Origin: Macrostomum lignano | Taxonomy: Eukaryota | NCBI GenBank assembly: GCA_002269645.1 | Contig: NIVC01000441.1 | Coordinates: forward strand, 186,001 to 250,000 | Length of the DNA stretch: 64,000 bases | Direction: 5' to 3' | Part shown: one piece after another, positions 48,201 through 60,200 of the stretch | Numbering within the stretch: position 1 is the first letter of the stretch | How the letters are laid out: the number at the start of each line of letters is the position of its first letter | Notes under the pieces: generated by a model | The model's input: the letters and a program-made list of their open reading frames with translations, nothing else | Database searches by the model: none | What the model was told of the DNA's origin: nothing | Made by a program: the position numbers and the translations under genes

Positions 48201-51200
48201 GAGCAGTGACATATTTGAGAAGAGAGCAGTGACAGATTTGATAAGAAAGAGAGCAGTGACAGATTTGAGAAGAGAGAGAGCAGTGGCAGATTTGAGAAGA
48301 GAGCAGTGACAGAGTTGATAAGAGAGAGAGCAGTGACAGATTTGATAAGAGAGAGAGCAGTGGCAGATTTGATAAGAGAGCAGTGGCAGATTTGATAAGA
48401 GAGCAGTGACAGATTTGATAAGAGAGAGAGCAGTGACAGATTTGATAAGAGAGAGAGCAGTGGCAGATTTGATAAGAGAGCAGTGGCAGATTTGATAAGA
48501 GAGCAGTGGCAGATTTGATAAGAGAGAGAGCAGTGACAGATTTGAGAAGAGAGCAGTGACAGATTTGAGAAGAGAGAGAGCAGTGGCAGATTTGAGAAGA
48601 GAGCAGTGACAGAGTTGATAAGAGAGAGAGCAGTGACAGATTTGATAAGAGAGAGAGCAGTGACAGATTTGATAAGAGAGAGAGCAGTGACAGATTTGAT
48701 AAGAGAGAGAGCAGTGACAGATTTGATAAGAGAGAGAGCAGTGACAGAGTTGAGAAGAGAGCATTGACAGATTTGATAAGAGAGAGAGAGCAGTGACAGA
48801 TTTGATAAGAGAGAGAGCAGTGACAGATTTGATAAGAGAGAGAGCAGTGACAGATTTGATAAGAGAGAGAGCAGTGACAGAGTTGATAAGAGAGAGAGAG
48901 CAGTGACAGATTTGATAAGAGAGAGAGCAGTGACAGATTTGATAAGAGAGAGAGCAGTGACAGATTTGAGAAGAGAGCAGTGACAGATTTGATAAGAGAG
49001 AGAGCAGTGACAGAGTTGATAAGAGAGAGAGAGCAGTGACAGATTTGATAAGAGAGAGAGCAGTGACAGATTTGATAAGAGAGAGAGCAGTGACAGATTT
49101 GAGAAGAGAGCAGTGACAGATTTGATAAGAGAGAGAGCAGTGGCAGATTTTGAAACAAAATGAGACAAGAAATCGGCGGATTCACTGAAATAGCTCGTAA
49201 TTTACAACAGAACACTGGAGTAGCAACATGAAATATTGTTCACTCTCAGCCTTTGCCGTTGTTTCTCAGCAATTGCACCACAGTTCGGCCCTATGGCTGT
49301 GCTATAGAATGTTTATTTTGGATAATTTTCACAGCCACCAACTCCCCCCCCCCGCTGCGCAGCCCGCACCATCAGCGAGGACTGGTCCAGCAGCGGCGGC
49401 GATTCAACGCGGGATGAAGCGGCGGCGGTTGCCAACCAGGCCAGCGGCTACCAGGACCGTCGCAGTCCCAAGGATCGCCAGGAGGTCAACGAGGACCTGG
49501 TGAAGATCTACGACGGCAACGGGGCGGCGCAGCGCAAGCAGTACCGGATTGTGTCCATACAGCGGGGCACCACTCTCGCCCAGCTGACGGAGTGCGCCCT
49601 GAGAGTCTACCACGTCCTGGATGATGCCCGACTGTACACCCTGGTCGAGCTGAACGAACGCGACGGATCCGAGCGTCGGCTGGACGAATCCGCGCCGTTG
49701 AAGCAGCAGTTCCGATTCGATAGCCGGCGCCCGGCTGTTGTACTGCGTTACAGGGAGAAGGACGCTAATAGGGCCTCCATCCGGGTGTACCCCACCGGCC
49801 TGCAGTACTTTGCCAGAGTGCCCACCAACTTCAAGTGAGTTGGATCCCCGTCTGAATTCCGATCCTGTATTCATGATCCCTGAATCCCTAATCCCGAATC
49901 CCTGATCCTTGAATCCCTGATTCCGATTCCCTGATCTTGAATCCCTGATCCTTGAATCCCTGATCCAGAGTCCCTGATCCTAAACCCCTGATCTTTGAGT
50001 CCCTAATCCCGAGTCCCTGATCCTGAACACCTGATCCTTAAATCCCTGATCCCAAATCACGGATCCTGAATCCCTGATCCTGAACCCCTGATCCTGAATC
50101 CCTGATCCTGAATCCCTGATCCCGAATCCCTGATCCTGAATCCCTAATCCTGAACCCCTGATCCTTGTATCCCTGATCCTGAATCTCTGATCCTTGAATT
50201 CCTGATACTGAATCCCTGATTCTTGAATCCCTGATCCTTGAATCCCTGATCCTTGAATCCCTGATTCTTGAATCCCTGATCCTTGAATCCCTGATCCTTG
50301 AATCCCTGATCCCAAATCCCTGATCCTTGAATCCCTGATCCTTGAATCCCTGATCCTTGAATCCCTGATCCTTGAATCCCTGATCCTTGAATCCCTGATC
50401 CTTGAATCCCTGATCCCGAATCCCTGACTCTTGAATCCCTGGTCCTGAATCCCGCTTTTAATTCCCAGTTCTAAATCCCGATTTTTAATCCCGAATGTTA
50501 ATCTTCTCCGTGCGAGGCTTGTGTAACCCTATTTTAATATTCTACAAATCTCTAAGAAAACTGGTTTGTTTCCTTGGCAAAGTTCTACTTGTGCGGACCT
50601 TAAGCTACGAAGATATTCATTCGCCGTACCACCCTCCAAGTCCCAGCGAGATTTAGCGCTGTCGAAATGATGATGAAGAAGGGGACGGGTGCAAAGTCTA
50701 GGGGAGAGCGGTTCGTTTCACACTTGACTGCGCCGCTTTGCCTTAAAGCTGGAGTTGGTTGCGATGAATGATCTCCCTGCCACTGCTGGGAACGGGGGAA
50801 CTAAAAATAACTTTTTATACATAATATTTGTCTCCATGGATGACTGACGACTACACAGAAATTGATGCACTTTGCTTGTTCCTCTAGCTGCTTATCGGGT
50901 GGGAGAGTTTTTTTTGGTTGGGAGCTATAATAAATACGGCGTGACGGATCCCTGAGACATCAGAACTGCTTGAAAGGCTCACCACGACGCAAGAGATGGC
51001 GTGACCGGGCTCACTAATGACACCAAAAACAGTGTGACGAGCTCCTTAGGAACACCAAAAATTGGGTGACGAGCTCCCTAAGGACACCAAAAATAGTGTG
51101 ACGGGCTCCCTAAGGACACCAAAAATAGTGTGACGAGCTCCCTAAGGACACCAAAATAGTGTGACGAGCTCCCTAAGGACACCAAAATAGTGTGACGAGC

Positions 51201-54200
51201 TCCCTAAGGACACCAAAATAGTGTGACGAGCTCCCTAAGGACACCAAAAATAGGGTGACGAGCTCCCTAAGGACACCAAAATAGTGTGACGAGCTCCCTA
51301 AGGACACCAAAATAGTGTGACGAGCTCCCTAAGGACACCAAAATAGTGTGACGAGCTCCCTAAGGACACCAAAAATAGTGTGACGAGCTCCCTAAGGACA
51401 CCAAAATAGTGTGACGAGCTCCCTAAGGACACCAAAATAGTGTGACGAGCTCCCTAAGGACACCAAAAATAGTGTGACGAGCTCCTCAAGGACACCAAAA
51501 ATAGTGTGACGAGCTCCCTAAGGACACCAAAAATAGTGTGACGAGCTCCCTAAGGACACTAAAAATAGTGTGAAAAACTCCCTAAGGATACCAAAAATAG
51601 TGTGAAAAACTCTCTAAGGACACCAAAAATAGTGTGAAAAGCTCTCTAAGGACACCAAAAATAGTGTGAAAAACTCTCTAAGGACACGTGACGGGCTCTC
51701 TAAGGACACCAAAATAGTGTGACGGGCTCCCTAAGGACACCAAAAATGGCATGATGGGCACTCTAAGGACACCAGAAGTGGCGTGACGGGCTCCTTGTGA
51801 CACTCGAAATAGCGTCACGGGCACTCTAATGATACCAGAATGGCATGACGGGCTCCTTCAGGACACCAGAAATGGCTTAAGTGTATCTAAGGAACCTGAT
51901 GTCCCCGTGTGCTTCATCTCATTGTATTTCTATTTTCTTAAAAGTACCAACCTGAACCCTATCTGAAAAGCAGATACGTGACGGTAACCAAGGAGACCAC
52001 AGCCCAGGAGACCATAGTCTACGCATTGAAAAAGTTCGGCGTGGAACAGCTGGACGCCAGCCAGTTGGACTTGGTTGAAGTCAGCTTGGACAAGCAGGTG
52101 TCCGAGCGGACTCTGGCCAGAGACGAGAAACCGCTGCAGCTGTTGCACTCGGTCAGGCGGGAATCAGTGCGCCAGTACATGCTGACCAGGTTCTACATAC
52201 AGCCGGTCATTGATCCGCGCTATACAGGACTGGCGCTTTACGTTGGCAATCTGAAGACCGGCATGTCGCAACGGGTGTATGAGAAGATACTGATGGAGAA
52301 ACTGGGCTCCGGTGAGCCGCGGGATAATGGGATAATGGGAGTGGGATGGGATAATGAGTGGGATATTGGGATAAAAGGAGTGGGATTTTGGGATAGTGAG
52401 AGTGGGATATTGGGATAATGAGAGTGGGATATTGGGATTGTGAGAGTGGGATACTCGTAATGGGATAGTGGGAGGGGGATAATGGGATAATAAGAGCGGG
52501 ATATTGGGATAATGGGAGTGGGATAATGAAAGTGGGATAATGGGATAATGGGATAATGGGAGTGGGATATTGGTATAATAGGAGCAGGAAAATAGAATAA
52601 TGGCAGTTGAAAATTGGGATAATTGAATGGGATAATGAGACAAGGGTTGTGATAATTTGAGTGAGATTAGGCATGATGGCAGAGCCCGCGTAGATGAAAT
52701 ATTAGGAGTGAGATTTCGGAAGTGAGATCATGTAATTATTTTGAGTTCAGGAGCGAATGCTGTTATTTTAATAGACCAAAGTATAGTACACTTGTACCTG
52801 CAGCTGCCCTCATCCCCATGTTGAGCAGGGGAGAGGCAAGGGCAGCTCGAGTTTCTCTGCATTTTGCTCTCTGCTCGCCCAGCCGTTCCCCGGGCCAAGG
52901 GACAGGTGGAAAAGCTGGCCCATTTTCCCACTCTCCCCGCTCCCCGATCCCCAATCGTCCCAACCCCACCCCTTCCTAAGCCAGCAGCCCAAATCCAGCG
53001 CCCCGTGTCGTCAGCTAGTCGTGCGCGTCTCACGAACCTCGCCGTTGTTTCAACTACTCCTAGTTTTTTATATTCCCTGCGTACTTTTATTTCTAGGAAA
53101 TACAGACAATAATCTGTCTGAAAAGCCATCGTTACAGGCAAGGCATCGTCTGTTCTGTCTCCCTTTTTGTCTCAGTTTTTCCTCAGTTGTTGACGTGCCA
53201 GAGTTGGCTAATTCTCATTTTGTTGCGCAGCTAAGAGAGAATCTCCCAGGCGTTAAAAAAGAAGCAGATAAATTTTCCAGTTTCTTACTTTTCTGATGGC
53301 TACTCGTAGTGCCTGCTTCGTTGCCTCTTCTCCTTCTCCAGCTTCCCAGTGTGCCTCCCTGTGACTCTCCATCTTTCTCTCTTCAGTGTTCGAACCGAAC
53401 CGGCAGCTTTTTCTAGCCACAATCTAATTTCCTTTTCTTCCCTGCTGCCGCTGCCCTCTCCACCGTTCGAATAGAAAATACATTCCTTGCCAGTCTCGTT
53501 CTTGTAACTAAGTTGGTCGACTCTTTAGAAATCATAAAATATTGTTAGTTAATAGAGTTTTACAAAGTTCGATACTTTATGTCAAAGGAAAGCACTCAAG
53601 CACTTTATGTCCATGCACTCGAAACGCGGTGCTACGAGTATTTTAACATACGCCGCTTTTAGTTCGTTGATATTATTGATCTTGTGAACTTATTGATCTT
53701 GTGAACTTATTGAGCTTGTGAACTTAATGAGCTTGTGAACTTAATGAGCTTGTGAACTTAATGAGCTTGTGAACTTAATGAGCTTGTGAACTTATTGAGC
53801 TTGTGAACTTATTGAGCTTGTGAACTTATTGAGCTTGTGAACTTATTGAGCTTGTGAACTTATTGAGCTTGTGAACTTATTGAGCTTGTGAACTTATTGA
53901 GCTTGTGAACTTATTGAGCTTGTGAACTTATTGAGCTTGTGAACTTAATGAGCTTGTGAACTTATTGAGCTTGTGAACTTATTGAGCTTGTGAACTTATT
54001 GAGCTTGTGAACTTATTGAGCTTGTGAACTTATTGAGCTTGTGAACTTATTGAGCTTGTGAACTTATTGAGCTTGTGAACTTATTGAGCTTGTGAACTTA
54101 TTGAGCTTGTGAACTTATTGAGCTTGTGAACTTATTGAGCTTGTGAACTTATTGAGCTTGTGAACTTATTGAGCTTGTGAACTTATTGAGCTTGTGAACT

Positions 54201-57200
54201 TATTGAGCTTGTGAACTTATTGAGCTTGTGAACTTATTGAGCTTGTGAACTTATTGAGCTTGTGAACTTATTGAGCTTGTGAACTTATTGAGCTTGTGAA
54301 CTTATTGAGCTTGTGGAAAATGACCCTGTATTGAACACTGTCACGCAGAAAAAATGTACTGATTGTATGGGGGGTCTTAATGCGAGGACTTTCTTGTCAC
54401 TTCATCGAATTATCACACTGCTGTCACTTTCAAAGTTCGCCACCAGAGCCTATCGTGTTCGTGACCTTGTAGCTCAACTGTCAGCAATTCGATCGCACGT
54501 GCATGGCTAATCATTGCTGCATGCATGTTGCGGCGCTTTCGTGACAATGCAGCCGCGCCCACTCTCAAAGTCTAAGCAAGTCAGCGTGTGTCCGCGCCAT
54601 CTCGCGACTCTCTTCTGCTACCAATACACCCTGCGTTAGCGGAATCAGCCCGGGTTCGATCCCGCTGTACAGTGTACACCCTGCGTTAGCGGAATCAGCC
54701 CGGGTTCGATCCCGCTGTACAGTGTACACCCTGCGTGAGCGGAATCAGCCCGGGTTCGATCCCGCTGTACAGTGTACACCCTGCGTGAGCGGAATCAGCC
54801 CGGGTTCGATTCCGCTGTACAGTGTACACCCTGCGTGAGCGGAATCAGCCCGGGTTCGATCCCGCTGTACAGTGTACACCCTGCGTGAGCGGAATCAGCC
54901 CGGGTTCGATTCCGCTGTACAGTGTACACCCTGCGTGAGCGGAATCAGCCCGGGTTCGATTCCGCTGTACAGTGTACACCCTGCGTGAGCGGAATCAGCC
55001 CGGGTTCGATCCCGCTGTACAGTGTACACCCTGCGTGAGCGGAATCAGCCCGGGTTCGATTCCGCTGTACAGTGTACACCCTGCGTGAGCGGAATCAGCC
55101 CGGGTTCGATTCCGCTGTACAGTGTACACCCTGTGTGAACGGAATCAGCCCGGGTTCGATCCCGCTGTACAGTGTACACCCTGCGTGAGCGGAATCAGCC
55201 CGGGTTCGATTCCGCTGTACAGTGTACACCCTGTGTGAACGGAATCAGCCCGGGTTCGATCCCGCTGTACAGTGTACACCTTGTGTGAGCGGAATCAGCC
55301 CGGGTTCGATCCCGCTGTTCAGCAATGGCTGCTGCATGACTGTCACGCTTTGATTAACGGCAGCCCTACAAAGCTGCGTCTTCCCCGCGGACTCGGAGCC
55401 ACTGCGAATGCAGGCATTACCGATAATTCCAACCAGGGCGTGCCAGTCGCACTGCCAGGCGCGCACGGGGCGGAGCTGAACTGGGTGGATGGGCAGTAGA
55501 GCAGAAAATCGATTGTCAATAAGACTTTTTAGCCTCTTTTTTTAACAAAAAAGACGAATCGAGAGACAGAGAGACGCGCCCAGTCATTTTCTTTATTAAC
55601 TCCTTCATTATTTGCTACCCTTGCTGCGCTTTCTTATTCTTAGCCGTCTAATTCTCTTCTCTGTTTTTCATTCTGCCATTCAAACTGCACTTTTGCCGGT
55701 TTTATTATTCAGTTCCGAGCGAGCAGCAGGCGCGTCCGGGATATTCGTGCCCCGCTTCTCAGTTCTTCATTTTCTCTATCCCGCGCCTCTCCTGGCTGGC
55801 TTCATTTAGTCTTTTTCTCTCTCTGGCTTTTTGTCTTAGAACACCCCTTCCTCCCTCCGTCTGTAGCTTTCTTCAGTCTGAGCTCTCTCTTTTCAGATTC
55901 TCATCTTCTATAAGGCTGAAAACTGACAGACCACCCCCCCGCGGATTAAGGCCGCGAGACTACTTTCTTCTAGTAGGGCTCCGCCTTTTGCCATTTTGCC
56001 CTTCGCTTTTCATTCAAGTCCTTCTTACTGAAGCAATTCGCTTAAACTCCCCCCCCCTACTTCTAGTCAGCTAAGCGTCTTGAGTCTGTGTAGTCACTTG
56101 GTTCATTCTCACACTAGAGTTTTTGGAGGGCTCTCTAAAAAGTCATCAATTGTATTGCAACATTAGTAGGTTGAGGTAATTCTAAGAGAAATATTACTGC
56201 CCAAGCTTGGAAATTATCAATAATAGTAAATAAAAATCACTCACAAAATTAGACGCTCTCAGTTTCTTATCAGCTCGCCAATCGATTTCTTTACTCTATG
56301 CACGTGAATCATCTCACTCAACCCGGGTCAGCAATGAGGCAACCACCTCACTCCGAGGGAGGGTTAGAATTGAGGCAACCATCCCACTCCGTGTTAGGGT
56401 TAGAAATGAGGCAACCACCCCACTCCGTGTTAGGGTTAGAAATGAGGCAACCACCCCACTCCGTGTTAGGGTTAGAAATGAGGCAACCACCTCACTCCGT
56501 GTTAGGGTTAGAAATGAGGCAGCCACCCCACTCCGTGTTAGGGTTAGAAATGAGGCAACCACCTCACTCCGTGTTAGGGTTAGAAATGAGGCAGCCACCT
56601 CACTCCGTGTTAGGGTTAGAAATGAGGCAGCCACCTCACTCCGTGGGGGTAGACCCGGATTTAGTAGCTAATTTCACTGACAAACAATATCACCTGCTTC
56701 ACTTCAGAAGTTTACTAATTGCATAAGTTTATGTTTTAAAACATCCAATTAATATTTCACCCGTGCATTTACGTAATCTTTCATCCGCAGAGAACAAATG
56801 GGACTCAATCGACGTAATCTACTACGAGTACGGCGCCATGGTGTTGGTCTATAAGAACCCGCGCCGCCTGCAGCAGGCCTACAATAGCTTGCGCGATCAA
56901 TGGTTCGACGATAAGCCAATGTTGGTGCTGCTGCTGCCCCAGCTTCACCCGGAGATGATACCGGACGGCACCACCCCAGTGCTGGTGCTGGTTAACGTGA
57001 AGAGCGGCGGCTGTCAGGGCATCGAGCTCATCACAGCGTTTCGCAAGCTGCTTAATCCGCACCAGGTGTTCAATTTGGACTACGGCGGCCCCCTGCCAGG
57101 CCTCTACGTGTTCCGACAGGTGTCTTATTATAAAATCCTGGTGTGCGGCGGCGACGGCACGGTTGGCTGGGCCCTCAGCTGCCTGGACAACGTCGGCCCG

Positions 57201-60200
57201 GATGCCAAGTGCAACTATCCGCCTATGGCCATCGTGCCTCTGGGCACCGGCAACGATCTGTCCCGGGTGCTGCGCTGGGGCTCCGGCTACTCCGGCCAGG
57301 AGTATCCGCTAAACATACTCAGGGACGTGGCCGAAGCGGAGGTCGTGACGCTGGACAGGTGAGATAAATGGCCGGCCAATGCGTCATTCTTTGCAGCATT
57401 CGTTTCGGAAGTTTGACTTGTCAGCGGATGTTAGACTGGGTTGAAGGAAATTTCGTCCGTGATGTCTTTTTCTATATACTAATTGTGAGATGTCTCTGTC
57501 TGTCTGTGTGATGGATTTTTTAAAAAACAGCTCAACCGATTTTCACCAAATTTTCACTATTCTATCACAAATTGTCAGCAATCGGTATGGTTAAAATTAT
57601 TAGTGTCTACGCCATTTCTAAGTACAGTTAAATAAAAAAACTGTATTTTTACTATCTAAATATGTATGTTTCTGGCAGTCAGGGCTCAATACGAGTATGT
57701 CTATGGCCATAGACTAAGCTTGAATACAATTTCTGGAGCTGATGCCACGAGCTATAAATAATTAAATACGAGTGCACTTTAAAAGTATTGAATTATTGCG
57801 CCACTATGTATATAGTATATGCAAGGGAGAGAAAAATGCTCAGTGGCTGCATGCTGTTGGGGGGTGCTTGCTACGTCTGTTGGATGCTTGCTACGTCTGT
57901 TGGATGCTTGCTACGTCTGTTGGATGCTTGCTACGTCTGTTGGATGCTTGCTACGTCTGTTGGATGCTTGCTACGTCTGTTGGATGCTTGCTACGTCTGT
58001 TGGATGCTTGCTACGTCTGTTGGATGCTTGCTACGTCTGTTGGATGCTTGCTACGTCTGTTGGATGCTTGCTACGTCTGTTGGATGCTTGCTACGTCTGT
58101 TGGATGCTTGCTACGTCTGTTGGATGCTTGCTACGTCTGTTGGATGCTTGCTACGTCTGTTGGATGCTTGCTACGTCTGTTGGATGCTTGCTACGTCTGT
58201 TGGATGCTTGCTACGTCTGTTGGATGCTTGCTGTCTGGGGGATGCTTGCTGTCTGGGGGATGCTTGCTGTCTGGGGGATGCTTGCTGTCTGGGGGATGCT
58301 TGCTGTCTGGGGGATGCTTGCTGTCTGGGGATGCTTGCTGTCTGGGGGATGCTTGCTGTCTGGGGATGCTTGCTGTCTGGGGGATGCTTGCTGTCTGGGG
58401 GATGCTTGCTGTCTGGGGGATGCTTGCTGTCTGGGGGATGCTTGCTGTCTGGGGGATTGCTTGCTACATTAAATCAGTATTAAAATTATTAAATTCTTTC
58501 TTTGCTCCCCAATGGGGGGGCGTAGATTGCTAGTAGAGACTATTAATTGACTGAGATGTCTATGGTGTAAGCTTTTATGCTATCGTTCAGTGCGCGGCGT
58601 TGCTTTCATTTCAATTAAATATATGTATAATACAATCGAGCGCCTCTTAAGCGCATCTAAAGCCAACTCGGCCTTCGCTAACAGTCCGAATGTGTCCGAA
58701 AGTGTCCGAAAGTGTCTGAAAGTGTCCAAAAGTGGACGAAGAGATTATCTAGACGATCGGAATCATTAAGAATCTTTGCTTTCCTTAAATAGTTTGTTTT
58801 GCTCGAATCGACTGTGTCTACATTCATTTTAAACAACTTGCAATATTTTCGGGGCCAAAAATATCATAGGACCCATTTGACTGGGCTGAATGGGTCTTGT
58901 CTACGTTGCTCAGGGGTTCAGCGAAATTGGGCACGATAGATGAGATGCATTCAGGAGCGTAGCGGAAGAACTCGAAGAGCCGCCTTGCTGGGTGGTTAAT
59001 CCCTCTTCTCCGTATTTTTCAGTCCACTAAAAACAGTCGCAAGCTGTTATTTCAGTTTCGCGTATGTATTCAATATAGTACGCGTATGCACTACCATGAC
59101 GGGGCCAGGGTTCGGTTTTCTCTTCCTCACGGTGGGGGGGGGGCGGCCGAAGGACAGCTCGTGAGCCGTGAGAGGCAGGGTTTTAGTTCGTGAGAGGAGT
59201 GTTTTAGGGCGGTGAGAGGCAGGCGGTGACAGCGGGGCAGCGGGGGCGGTGGCAGCAGCGGCGGAAGGTGGAGGGGGAGGGGATCTCGGGCTATGCTCCG
59301 TCTCCCGTGCGTGTGTCTGTGCGCTTGTGTGGCTGCTCCTCCAACTGCTCTAACCTATTTACATGTATACATATTTATGTATGTGTATGTGTTTGATTTT
59401 TTGGTTCTCTATACTGGCTTTATGTCTGCGCGTATCTTGCCTGGGCGGTGTACTTCTACTGTAGCATCTTCTTGTGCAGCCGCTTCTCATAGGATTTTAA
59501 AAGCCTTTCGCCTTTGCGTAAGATCTATCTTATTACATTACAACTGAGGATACTAAATTAAATACTAAAGTCTCTATAGATTTCTAAAATTTGATTGTTG
59601 ATGAAAGTCTATGAGAAGTCACTGAGAGGTACTAACCGCGGCCGATTGAGCTCAACTTGCGCAGCCTTGGCGGTAAATGCAATTGCTTGTTGGGCCGACC
59701 GGGAACCTTCTGTGTGCTGTGCGCTTGCGTGTGAAGATTAATTAATTGTCCTCCTCTGTCTAATTAGAGATTACTAATATAGTGCTTAGTTAGCTAAAAG
59801 TTCTGCCTGTGCAGTTCTAAAAATAGACACCGCTTGTACAGAAATCTGGACTAGGTTTATATTCCTCCGCCAATTATCACCGCAGATGGACGGTGATCTT
59901 CCACCCGGAGGAGAAGGAGAAGGACGAGACCAAAGTGCAGCTGCAATACGAAAGCAACGCCGCCAACACAAACGAGGACAATGCTAGCATATTCGTTATG
60001 AATAATTACTTCGGCATCGGTGAGCTGCGGGGCGTCCGGAATTGGTTCACTCCCTATGAGTTGAGGATTATGAGACCAGTTCACTCTCTATGGTTGAGGA
60101 TTAGGAGGGCAGTTCACTCCCTATGGTTAGAGGATTAGGAGGGCAGTTCACTCCCTATGGTTGAGGATTAGAAGGGCAGTTCACTCCCTATGGCTAGAGG

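Noticed and set aside
46994-49215. 707-, 410-, 292- and 263-aa minus-strand ORFs
   Set aside because: Antisense translation of a purine-rich minisatellite.
49335-49362. Apparent frameshift at the C10 run if DGK exon 4 starts at 49335
   Set aside because: The acceptor at 49361-49362 gives the correct phase without any indel.
52690-56000. GC-mixed segments at 52.7-53.5 and 55.3-56.0 kb as LINE remnants
   Set aside because: No recognisable RT or endonuclease motif and no termini, so no call can be supported.
56335-56645. TTAGGGTTAG as interstitial telomere
   Set aside because: Only 1.7 telomeric units embedded in a 36-bp monomer; not a (TTAGGG)n tract.
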